In this document: one piece after another, positions 49,922 through 61,465 of the stretch
Numbering within the stretch: position 1 is the stretch's first letter
Layout: each line of letters opens with the position of its first letter
Origin: Macrostomum lignano
Taxonomy: Eukaryota
Length of the DNA: 64,000 nucleotides
Direction of reading: 5' to 3'
Assembly (NCBI GenBank): GCA_002269645.1
Contig: NIVC01000939.1
Location: 186,001 to 250,000, forward strand
Translations under genes and position numbers: made by a program
Notes under the pieces: generated by a model
Database searches by the model: none
Seen by the model: the letters and a program-made list of their open reading frames with translations, nothing else
Told to the model about the DNA's origin: nothing

Positions 49922-52900
49922 ATGTCTCAGAGCAGCGCCAACTCCAGACAGCCACAGGGCCCAGGCGGCGCTGGTGACGGCCAGAGGCGGCCAGCTGGGG
50001 ACCGCGTTGCAATTGGCAGTGGCCGGGACGTGAACGAGCTGGTTGCCAAGCTGCTGCAGATTCGGGATTATCAGCGACAGGTGCGAATTTTCTCGCTTTT
50101 TGTGGCCTGTTGAACTTTCTTTGCTGGGGTTCAAGTCACTGCTAGTGTGAGTCTGCATAGTGAGTCACTGCTAGTGTGAGAATCTGCATAGTGAGTCACT
50201 GCTAGTGTGAGAATCTGCATAGTGAGTCACTGCTAGTGTGAGAATCTACATAATGAGTCACTGCTAGTGTGAGAGTGCATAGTGAGTCACTGCAAGTGTG
50301 ACAGTATGCATAGTGAGTCACTGCTAGTGTGAGAATCTACATAATGAGTCACTGCTAGTGTGAGAGTGCATAGTGAGTCACTGCTAGTGTGACAGTATGC
50401 ATAGTGAGTCACTGCTAGTGTGAGAATCTACATAATGAGTCACTGCTAGTGTGAGAGTCTGCATAGTGAGTCACTGCTAGTGTGAGAATCTGCATAATGA
50501 GTCACTGCTAGTGTGAGAGTCTGCATAATGAATCACTGCTAGTGTGAGTCTGCATAGTGAGTCACTGCTAGTGTGAGTCTGCATAATGAGTCACTGCTAG
50601 TGTGAGAGTCTGCATAATGAGTCACTGCTAGTGTGAGAATCTGCATAGTGAGTCACTGCTAGTGTGAGAATCTGCATAATGAGTCACTGCTAGTGTGAGA
50701 GTCTGCATAATGAATCACTGCTAGTGTGAGTCTGCATAGTGAGTCACTGCTAGTGTGAGAGTCTGCATAATGAGTCACTGCTAGTGTGAGAGTCTGCATA
50801 ATGAGTCACTGCTAGTGTGAGAGTCTGCATAATGAGTCACTGCTAGTGTGAGAATCTGCATAGTGAGTCACTGCTAGTGTGAGTCTGCATAGTGAGTCAC
50901 TGCTAGTGTGAGAATCTGCATAATGAGTCACTGCTAGTGTGAGAATCTGCATAATGAGTCACTGCTAGTGTGAGAGTCTGCATAGTGAGTCACTGCTAGT
51001 GTGAGAATCTGCATAATGAGTCACTGCTAGTGTGAGAGTCTGCATAGTGAGTCACTGCTAGTGTGAGTCTGCATAATGAGTCACTGCTAGTGTGAGAGTC
51101 TGCATGATGAATCACTGCCGGTGTGAGAGTCTGCATAATGAATCACTATCTGTGTGTGAGCCTACTAAAATTTCTATTTTTATTGATGCCGCCTGGAACT
51201 TTAGACAAACGTTGACTACCCTACTTTAGGTAGCGAAAATAAATGTTGCGAATCGCTTTTAAACCACGCCATCGAGTCAAGCCGCAGCCAAAGCAGATTT
51301 TTTAGCTCTCTTTTAGTTTTTTTTCACTACTCTACTGACAGTAGCAGCAGTAGAAATTTGTTAGATAAAAATTGCTAACTTAAATAAGTAAATTTAAACA
51401 TTTTCTAACTATCCTACTTAAAATGGCAATAAAAATATATTTGCTTCTAAATTTATTTTAAGTCGCAACGCGAGACAATGAAACTTTCTCTGCCCCACAG
51501 GCCCAGGCCCTGCGCCGTTCCGTTGGCGGCGAACAGGGTAGGAATCTGGACAGCCTGATGCAGCAGCTGGCCGCCCAGGAGGAGGAGTACATCAGCCTGC
51601 TAGGCCGTCTGCTTCCAGGCAGCGGCGACGTGCCGGAGGCCGCCATGGCAGCGCCGCCCGCCTCTGGCGCCGAAGACGACGGCGACGATGATGATGACGA
51701 ATTTGATGGCGAAGGCGAGGAGACCGGCGGCTCCGAAGCACCGGTTGACGAGAGCGTCGAGCGAGAGCTGGCGGCGCTGCGGTCCGAGCAGGAGCGGATG
51801 CGGAAACTGCTGGCCGAGCGGCAGGCCTTGCAGGTCTGGCCCGGTCTGGGCTATAACTCATTGAGATCATGAAAGCTCCCCTGTTGCCTGGAAACCCCCC
51901 CCCCCCCATGTAATCAGGAAGGCTTTTCTGAACTAAAAAAAGGGTCTGAAAAGTATTTCTGAGGTTTACGAGCCTCTTGAAGTCTGGGGGACCTTTTTAA
52001 GGTCATGAAAGCTTTCCTAAACACTTTTTCTGAGTCCAGGAAACCCTCGTGATAGGTCAGTGACCTCAACAAGAGGTCAGTGAGTCCCAAAGCTGAGGTC
52101 AGTGACACCCAAACCTGAGGTCAGTGACACCCAAACCTGAGGTCAGTGACACCCAAACCTGAGGTCAGTGACACCAGCCTGAGGTCAGTGACTCCCAGAC
52201 CTGAGGTCAGTGACACCAGCCTGAGGTCGGTGACAACAGCCTGAGGTCGGTGACAACAGCCTGAGGTCGGTGACAACAGCCTGAGGTCAGTGACATTAGC
52301 CTGAGGTCAGTGACACCAGCCTGAGGTCAGTGACACCAGCCTGAGGTCAGTGACTCCCAAACCTGAGGTCAGTGACACCAGCCTGAGGTCGGTGACAACA
52401 GCCTGAGGTCAGTGACATTAGCCTGAGGTCAGTGACACCAGCCTGAGGTCAGTGACATTAGCCTGAGGTCAGTGACACCAGCCTGAGGTCAGTGATATTA
52501 GCCTGAGGTCAGTGACACCGGCCTGAGGTCAGTGACACCAGCCTGAGGTCAGTGACATTAGCCTGAGGTCAGTGATACCAGTGTCAGGTCGGTGATAACT
52601 ATTGTTGATCAGGCTTAAGCTAAGGGCATCTTCCTTAGTTTCAGAACCACGCCACTCCCTGTTGCTGTGCCCGTAGTCCGACGCTCAGGAGGCGCTGAGC
52701 AGCCGCCGGCGCGAGCTGGACGAACTCCGCGAGCAGCGGGACAACCTGCGCGACATGCTGCTGCGCCAGGAGCGGCTGCGGGCCAAGCAGGGCCAGGCGG
52801 TGGCCGCCATGCAGGGCGAACAGGCGGAGCAGCGGCGCCAGCTGCATCTGGCCAGGCAGCGCGAGACGATGCGCGCCGAGGCCGGCGCCAAGCTGGCCGG

Positions 52901-55900
52901 CCGGCTGGCCGCTGCTGCCGAAGCCGAGGACGACGAGGAAGAGGAGGATGACGACCAGCCGCCTCCGCCGCCGCCGCCGATGCGCGAGGACTCGGAGCTG
53001 GAGGAGCGCGAAACTGTGACATCGGCGGCCGCTTCGTCCACCGCTGGCGCCTCGGCGGACCCGGAGGCGCGGCTGGCGCGCCGCCTGACTGACCTGGAGG
53101 CCAAGAAGGCGCGTCTGGACGCGGCGCTTGGCGAACTGAGCGCCCTCAGGGCCGCCGGGGTGGAGGCGTCGACCACCAGCACGGAGCAACAGGTGGGAAT
53201 CACCTTGACAGTGTATGCACAGGCTGTAGTAGTCCTGCTGTTTCTGTAGCACAGGCTGTAGTAATCCTGCTGTTTCTGTAGCACAGGCTGTAGTAATCCT
53301 GCTGTTTCTGTAGCACAGGCTGTAGTAATCCTGCTGTTTCTGTAGCACAGGCTGTAGTAATCCTGCTGTTTCTGTAGCACAGGCTGTGGTAGTCCTGCTG
53401 TTTCTGTAGCACAGGCTGTAGTAGTCCTGCTGTTTCTGTAGCAGGTTTTATTCGATTATGCCTTTAAATGAAAGATGTATGCAGAAATACGAAGTAGTTC
53501 CGGGGATTGTAATTTAGCGCGTTTAAAACCTGCGGAAGGTTCGACCACAGCATTAAGCATTTAACGGTTTACTAGACTCAAACCTTCCGCCATCTTTGCT
53601 GCCGCAGGCGCTCGCCAGCTCCCAGCGAGCCAGCAACACCGCCGGCGAGGCCGCCAACCTCCTTGGCGCCATGGACGCCCGCGCCCAGCTGGAGAAGCTG
53701 CGCTCCGTGCGGGACCGCCTCAGCGGCATCCGGCAGCTGGTGTCCTACTATCAGGAAGCGGCCGACTTCATTCACGGCCAGGGTGGTCAGTCCTTGGATT
53801 TATGATTTCTGACCTCTATCTGATCCCAACTCTCACTGACAAAAAATAAAATCTCACTGAAAGATCCCCAATCTCTGACAGATCCCAGTCTCACCGGCCC
53901 GGATCCCAGTCTCACCGGTCCGAATCCCAGTCTCACCGGCCCGGATCCCAGTCTCACCGGTCCGAATCCCAGTCTCACCGGTCCGAATCCCAGTCTCACC
54001 GGCCCGGATCCCAGTCTCACCGGTCCGAATCCCAGTCTCACCGGCCCGGATACCAGTCTCACCGGCCCGGATCCCAGTCTCACCGGCCCAGATCCCAGTC
54101 TCACCGGCCCGGATCCCAGTCTCAACGTCCACGATCCCAGTCTCACCGGCCCGGATCCCTAAAACTTCCCTAAAACTTAGCTGTGCCGTCTCGAGCTCTC
54201 TCAAATCCAAATCTCATCGGTCCGCAGACTCTGATGCCGCGTCCGATCGAGAAGGCGCAGCGGCAGCCGCGGCTGCCAAATCGTCGCTGCCGGCGGCCCC
54301 GGCCTCGGCCACGTCGGGCCGCAGTTCCACCAGCGCCACGATGTCGCATCAGGAGGATCGGGCGCGTCGCCGATTGTTGAACTACGGCAGCAGCCTGGAT
54401 GGCGATGACGGCTCTGAAAGGGGCGCCGCTCCCGCTGCTGCCGCTGCTGCTGCCTCATCTGGAGGCTTCAAAGGCGGCGGTGCGTCCGCCTCCTCCGAGG
54501 CCGACAGCGGGCAGTGGGCGGATGCGGACCCGCTGACCCAGCAGCGGGCGCTGCAGCTGCGGGACGCCAAGGCCAAGCTGGCCAGGCTGCAGTCCCTGCT
54601 GGAGGGCGTCTCCTCCCTTGGCGGCATGGAGGCCCCGGCCGACCTGCCGGAGCAGCAGCTGTACGACCTGGCCGTGCTGGAGCAGTCCCAGGAGCTGCGC
54701 CAGCTCATGGAAGAGCGGGAGCGCCTGTCGGAGCTGCAGGGCCAGCTGGAGCAGCTGCAGAGCCGCCTGCGCGACGCCGAAGCCGTCGAGGCGGCCGAGA
54801 AAGCCAGGGCTGGTGGCGGTGGCGGGGCTGTCCGGTCGGCTGGCGGAGTTCGGGTTGCCGAAATCCGCGAGGTCGGCGACGAAGACGACGACGACGAAGA
54901 GGAGATCGAAGACGATGACGATGACGGCGGACAGGCCTCTCGCAGGGCTGCCGAGCCCGCGACCGTCGGCGGCGCCGGCGTCACCTTCCAGGAGCCGGTG
55001 GCCACCACCTCGCTGCTCACCAACGAGACCGTCTACGGCCGGATGCGCACCGAGAAGCTGCTCCGCGAGGAGCTGCGTGGCGGCCGGCGCGGCATCGGCG
55101 GGGACCCGACAGCCGCCACCACCGCCTCGGCCGCGGCCACCTGGGGCGGCTCCACTTCGGCCTCCAACTTTGAGGACACGGCCGACGCCGAGGAGGAAGA
55201 GGAGGACATCGACGATGACGACGACGACAACGACGATGAAGAGGAAGAGGAGGAGGCTGCAAACGCGCGTCGGCGCCGGCGCCAGCAACGCCGTCCGGAC
55301 CCGTTTGGCGGTGTGGGCTCAGCCACGCAGGTGCTGCTGTGCCTGCAGCAGTGCTGCTCCATGCTGGCTGCCCAGCAGCAGGAGATGAGCCGCCTGTCTC
55401 AGCAGGTCAGCGGTCTGGCGGCTTTCAACTCCCCGCATGCCGGAATGCCGCCGCCGCCGCCGCCTCCACCACCGCCACCGCCCTGCTGGTACTGGCAGCC
55501 TCCCAGCTGTCCACACCAGCAGTGCCACAGGCAGCAGCAGCAGCAGCCCACAGCGACAGCAGCCGCCGGCTCGCAGACCGAGTCGCTGCCCCGTCTGGAC
55601 CTCGGGTCGCTCCGCTCGCCCCGCACTTTGCCCTACGCCGATGAGCGGCAGCAGGAGCTCCGGGGCCGCCGGACTCCTCCGCTGGGCCGCGGCGGCGTCT
55701 CCTCGGGCATCGCGGGCACCGGGCCCGTGCCGTACGACGAGGAGGACGCGGACGAGGAGGAAGAGATCGACGAAGAAGAGGAGGCTGCCGCTGCTGCTGC
55801 GGGCGGCTCTGGTGTCGGCGGCCGCGGCGGCTTTGAGAGCCTGAGGGAGAGCATCTACTCGGAGGTGGCGGCGCTGATCTCACAAAACGAGGCTCGGCCC

Positions 55901-58900
55901 CACTACCTGGTTGAGCTGTTCCGCGAGCTGCAGCTGCTGTCAACTGACTTTCTGCGCCAGCGAGCCCTGCTGGCCCTGCAGGAGCTGGTCAACAGGCACC
56001 TGAGCAGGTGCGGTATGCTTTGCCATCATTTCTTCTTTTAAGTTAACCGCCTGTTCTTATTCCGATTACTGTGGGTTTGACGATTCAAAGAGCCTAGCCG
56101 GAAATGAGCATCAGCCTAGTCATCCATTAACATTGGGGGTTCGTACTAACTCAGAATGCATAGCAACTAACTCAGAATGCATAGCAACTAACTCAGAATG
56201 CATAGCAACTAACTCAGAATGCATAGCAACTAACTCAGAATGCATAGCTACTAACTCAGAATGCATAGCAACTAACTCAGAATGCATAGCAACTAACTCA
56301 GAATGCATAGCAACTAACTCAGAATGCATAGCAACTAACTCAGAATGCATAGCAACTAACTCAGAATGCATAGCTACTAACTCAGAATGCATAGCAACTA
56401 ACTCAGAATGCATAGCAACTAACTCAGAATGCATAGCAACAAACTCAGAATGCATAGCAACTAACTCAGAATGCATAGCAACTAACTCAGAATGCATAGC
56501 AACTAACTCAGAATGCATAGCAACTAACTCAGAATGCATAGCAACTAACTCAGAATGCATAGCAACTAACTCAGAATGTATAGCAAATAACTCAGGATGC
56601 ATAGAAACTCAGAATGCATAGCAACTAACTCAGAATGCATAGCAACTAACTCAGAATGTATAGCAAATAACTCAGGATGCATAGAAACTAACTCAGGATG
56701 CATAGCAACTAACCCAGGATGCATAGCAACTAACTCAGGATGCATAGCAACTAACCCAGGATGCGTAGCAACTAACTCAGGATGCATAGCAACTAACCCA
56801 GGATGCGTAGCAACTAACTCAGGATGCATAGCAACTAACCCAGGATGCGTAGCAACTAACTCAGGATGCATAGCAACTAACTCTGAATACATAGCAAATA
56901 ACTCAAACCATAGCAACCAACTCAGACCATGGCAACCAACTCAAGCCATAGCAACCAACTCAGACCATGGCAACCAACTCAAACCATAGCAACCAACTCA
57001 GACCATAGCAACCAACTTAGACCATAGCAGCCGATTCAGAGGTGCGTAGTATCAAGAGCATAGCAACCAGATCTAGTCACTACGTTCCCTTTACCCCAAG
57101 ACAGGCAGGTGAGCTCGGTCGGCAGCGCAGCCGGTGGCAGCCGTCGCCAGCCGCCGTGGCTCCGCGACACCGGCGCTTCCGCTGCGGCAGGCGGCGCCGG
57201 CTTCGAACAGACGCCCTCGGAGAGTTACGCCACCACCACGGCGACTTCCAACACTGCGGCGGGTGTTGGCGACGAAGACGCGGTGAGGCTAGCGGCGGCC
57301 CGCGCCCTGGCGCGGCGGCTGGCTGGCGGCGGCGCGGCCGACTACGCAGAGCCCGTGGCCTACTACGATGCCAGCAGCTCCGTGTCCACCACGCCTAGCG
57401 CTGCGGCCGCGGCCAGCGGTGGCACCCTGTTTGCCAGGGACTCCCTGGGCGACACCGTAGTGCACCTGGACAGGTGAGGGATTTGGAATTAGGAGTTTAG
57501 AAGACGAGGGTTTCGGGATTTCGTTACGGAGTTTTGCAGGTGGGGGTAAGGGATTCGGGATCTCATTAGGGAGTTATGCAGGTGAGGGATCTGGGGTTTC
57601 ATTAGGGAGTTTTGCTGGTGAGGGATCTGGGGTTTCATTAGAGAGTTTTGCAGGTGAGGGATCTGGGTTTCATTAGGGAGTTTTGCTGGTGAGGGATCTG
57701 GGATCTCATTAGGGAGTTATGCAGGTGAGGGATCTGGGGTTTCATTAGGGAGTTTTGCTGGTGAGGGATCTGGGGTTTCATTAAGGAGTTTTGCTGGTGA
57801 GGGATCTGGGGTTTCATTAGGGAGTTTTGCTGGTGAGGGATCTGGGGTTTCATTAGGGAGTTTTGCTGGTGAGGGATCTGGGGTTTCATTAGGAAGTTTT
57901 GCAGGTGAGGGATCTGGGATTTCGTTAGGGAGTTTTGCTGGTGAGGGATCTGGGATTTCATTAGGGAGTTTTGCTGGTGAGGGATCTGGGGTTTCATTAG
58001 AGAGTTTTGCAGGTGAGGGATCTGGGTTTCATTAGGGAGTTTTGCTGGTGAGGGATCTGGGATCTCATTAGGGAGTTATGCAGGTGAGGGATCTGGGGTT
58101 TCATTAGGGAGTTTTGCTGGTGAGGGATCTGGGGTTTCATTAAGGAGTTTTGCTGGTGAGGGATCTGGGGTTTCATTAGGGAGTTTTGCTGGTGAGGGAT
58201 CTGGGGTTTCATTAGGGAGTTTTGCTGGTGAGGGATCTGGGGTTTCATTAGGGAGTTTTGCAGGTGAGGGATATGGGATTTCATTAGGGAGTTTTGCTGG
58301 TGAGGGATCTGGGATTTCATTAGGGAGTTTTGCAGGTGAGGGATCTGGGACTTTATTAGGGAGTTTTGCTGGTGAGGGATCTGGGATTTCATTAGGGAGT
58401 TTGCTGGTGAGGGATCTGGGACTTTATTAGGGAGTTTGGAAAGTGGGGTGCGTGATTTAGGGGTTTCACAGATCAAGAGATTTTGGATTTAGAGTTCAGC
58501 CGGTGAGCGATTTGGATTTTGAAAGACCTGTGCACGCTGCCTATGGGGCTGACCCTCATGTTCGAGAAACCCAAATTAACGTGGCCGGGCCGCAAAATCG
58601 AACCCGGGACTTTGGTGCAGGAGTCGGAATTGCTATCGACTAGATCCTATGTTTAACACTGCCAGCCTATGTCTGAATCAAATCTCCCGCAGAGCCATGC
58701 AAATCCTGCGTGAGCGGCGCCAGCAGCAGCCGCCGCCTCCGCCGGTGCCGCCACGCCAGCCGCTGCTCGACAGTCGCCGCCTTGACGCGCAGATCAAAGC
58801 GGTGGTGCACCACCTCATCCCGCTGGTTAAGGCGCACGCGCACGAGACCGCCACTCCGCAGTTCCTCACCTGGCTGCGCGACCTGGCACTGCGCCGGGTT

Positions 58901-60720
58901 CGCCTCATCATGGCAGCCCAGCAGTCAGCTGCCGCGGCCACGATGGCGCGGTCGGCTGACTCCGACGACGAGTTTGAGCGGCTGTTCTCTCGGCAGCTTA
59001 CCAGCCTGGTGACCGACGCCCTGGCCAAGTGAGTCTGTCTGATTTCCCTGATTGTTCCAGAATAGCCTGCAGTTCTCTGATTGGTCCAGATAGAGCCTGC
59101 AGTTCTCTGATTGGTCCAGAATAGCCTGCAGTTCTCTGATTGGTCTAGAATAGCCTGCAGTTCTCCGATTTGTCCAGAGTAGCCTGCTATTCTCTGATTT
59201 GTCCAGAATAGCCTGCTGTTCTCTGATTGGTCCAGAATAGCCTGCTGTTCTCTGATTGGTCCAGAATAGCCTGCTGTTCTCTGATTGGTCCAGAATAGCC
59301 TGCTGTTCTCTGATTGGTCCAGAATAGCCTGCTGTTCTCTGATTGGTTCAGAATAGCCTGCTGTTCTCTGATTGGTCCAGAATAGCCTGATGTTCTCTGA
59401 TTTGTCCAGAATAGCCTGTTATTCTCTGATTGGTACAAATAGCCTGCTGTTCTCTGATTGGTCCAGAATAGCCTGTTATTCTCTGATTGGTCCAGAATAG
59501 CCTGCTGTTCTCTGATTGGTCCAGAATAGCCTGCTATTCTCTGATTGGTCCAGAATAGCCTGCTGTTCTCAGATTGGTCCAGAATAGCCTGCTGTTCTCT
59601 GATTTGTCCAGAATAGCCTGTTATTCTCTGATTGGTCCAGAATAGCCTGCTGTTCTCTGATTGGTCCAGAATAGCTGCTGTTCTCTGATTGGTCCAGAAT
59701 AGCCTGCTGTTCTCTGATTGGTCCAGAATAGCCTGCTGTTCTCTGATTGGTCCAGACCCAAAACCCATCGGTTCCCCTTTGTCTTTCAGATACCAGGGCC
59801 GCCGTCTCACAGACTGCCTGGAAGACCTGCTGGTGGACCTCAGCGAGACCCTGTTCAACGAACTGGCCTTCCACCGCCTGATCGCCAGTCTGGACGAGGC
59901 CAACCGGCAGGGTGTCGATGGCAGCGGCGTCGACTACGTAGCGGAAGAGACTGGCGATGACGAGGAGGAGGAGGAGGAGGAGGAAGAGGAAGACTATGAT
60001 GAAGAGGAGGAAGTTGATGAAGAGGAGGCTGAGGATCAGCAGGACGAGGAGGCTGAAGGCGGCAACGTCGGCGTGGCGGTACAGCTGGCGGCCAGCGAGA
60101 CACGCGAGATGACACTGATCGGCTCCGAAGAGGAGGAGGTCGAGGGCGGCTCCGTGGCCGCGGCCGGTGACGACAGCGACGGTGGTGGAGAGGATACGGA
60201 AGGGGTGAGGAGGACAAAGACTGGCCTGGGATACATCACAATGCACTTAAAATCTCTTGCTCCGCGATATTAGTAACTTGCTGGAACAATTATCCCGCTA
60301 AGAACTTTGACTGTCAATTACTACTACAAGTAGGCATTGGCGGGTGTTGGCATCAAATAAGTATCCCCCCCCCCGATTCGCCGCCAGCTCACCGCGGTGG
60401 CCGCGGTCATCGACGCCGAGGAGAAGGACGCGCAGCGGCCTAGCGAGAAGCGGCCTCAGGTCCAGGCTGCTCAGGCAGTCGAGGCTGAGACTGGCGACGG
60501 CGGCAGCGGCAGCGGCGATGGCGGAGAGTCGCCACCAGCTGCCGACTTGCGCTCCGAGATGCTGGAGACGCTGGTCGGGCCCGAGAACGCGGCTGGCCTA
60601 GTTGGCTCGGCCGCGGCCGACGCCGACCAGTACGAGGTGTCCTCGGCTGATGGCAAGAGCAACAACGGCTTCGTCACGGTCACGCTGAAGGACGCCACGG
60701 CTGAGGAGACTGAGTCCTGA
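49922..60720 (+). CDS. PCM1: Pericentriolar material 1 (centriolar satellite scaffold), ~1470 aa
   Basis: Exons 49922 (or 49868)-50080, 51501-51833, 52677-53192, 53608-53782/53785, 54228-56007, 57105-57473, 58693-59028, 59790-60204, 60388-60720; all phases compatible. PCM1 motifs: LLQIRDY; [46 protein letters not shown]; [11 protein letters not shown]; [28 protein letters not shown]. Confidence 0.92.
50135..51150. repeat. 29-31-bp minisatellite (GAGTCACTGCTAGTGTGAGAATCTGCATAGT) in PCM1 intron 1
   Basis: About 33 copies. Confidence 0.95.
52060..52590. repeat. 20-bp minisatellite (CTGAGGTCAGTGACACCAGC) in PCM1 intron 2
   Basis: About 25 copies. Confidence 0.95.
53218..53442. repeat. 32-bp minisatellite (CACAGGCTGTAGTAATCCTGCTGTTTCTGTAG) in PCM1 intron 3
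   Basis: 7 copies. Confidence 0.95.
53880..54158. repeat. 21-bp minisatellite (GGATCCCAGTCTCACCGGCCC) in PCM1 intron 4
   Basis: About 13 copies. Confidence 0.95.
56143..57030. repeat. 21-bp minisatellite (AACTAACTCAGAATGCATAGC) in PCM1 intron 5
   Basis: About 40 copies with a gradient of variants. Confidence 0.95.
57470..58440. repeat. 36-bp minisatellite (GTGAGGGATCTGGGGTTTCATTAGGGAGTTTTGCWG) in PCM1 intron 6
   Basis: About 26 copies starting at the donor site itself. Confidence 0.95.
58520..58645 (-). mobile_element. Degenerate tRNA-like SINE head fragment
   Basis: Minus strand GGGTTCGATT B-box followed by TTAATTTGGG, a motif also seen after the B-box of the 10082/47583 family. Confidence 0.35.
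59040..59755. repeat. 29-bp minisatellite (AATAGCCTGCTGTTCTCTGATTGGTCCAG) in PCM1 intron 7
   Basis: About 24 copies. Confidence 0.95.
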
Positions 60721-60799
60721 TTGGCTGCGCCCTGGCTTTGTTCTGATTGGCTGGCTTTTGACTTGACTACATTCTAAATTGTGTGATTCTGGTTGGCTA

Positions 60800-61465
60800 G
60801 ACTTGATTTTGATTGGCTAGGCTTGATTCAGATTGGATAGGCTTGATTCTGATTGGATAGGCTTGATTCTGATTGGATAGGCTTGATTCTGATTGGCTAG
60901 GCTTGATTCTGATTGACTAGGCTTGATTCTGATTGGCTTAATCTTGATTGTGATTGGCTAGGCTTGGTTCTGATTGGCTAGGCTTGATTCTGATTGGCTA
61001 GGCTTGATTCTGATTGACTAGGCTTGATTCTGATTGGCTTAATCTTGATTGTGATTGGCTAGGCTTGGTTCTGATTGGCTAGGCTTGATTCTGATTGGCT
61101 TAATCTTGATTGTGATTGGCTAGGCTTGGTTCTGATTGGCTAGGCTTGGTTCTGATTGGCTAGGCTTGATTCTGATCAGCTTAATCTTGATTCTGATTGG
61201 CTAGGCTTGGTTCTGATTGGCTTAATCTTGATTCTGATTGGCTAGGCTTGGTTCTGATTGGCTAGGCTTGATTCTGCTCGGCTATGCTTGATCCTGATTG
61301 GCTAGGCTTGGTTCTGATTGGCTAGGCTTGATTTTGATTGGCTGTGCTTGATTTTGATTGGCTGTGCTTGATTCTGATTGGCTGTGCTTGATTTTGATTG
61401 GCTGTGCTTGATTCTGATTGGCTGTGCTTGATTTTGATTGGCTGTGCTTGATTCTGATTGGCTAG
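60800..61465. repeat. 20-bp minisatellite (GATTCTGATTGGCTAGGCTT) just 3' of the PCM1 stop
   Basis: About 33 copies. Confidence 0.95.

Noticed and set aside
52615-55943. Numerous antisense and alternative-frame ORFs over PCM1 exons
   Set aside because: Expected shadows of GC-rich coding sequence.
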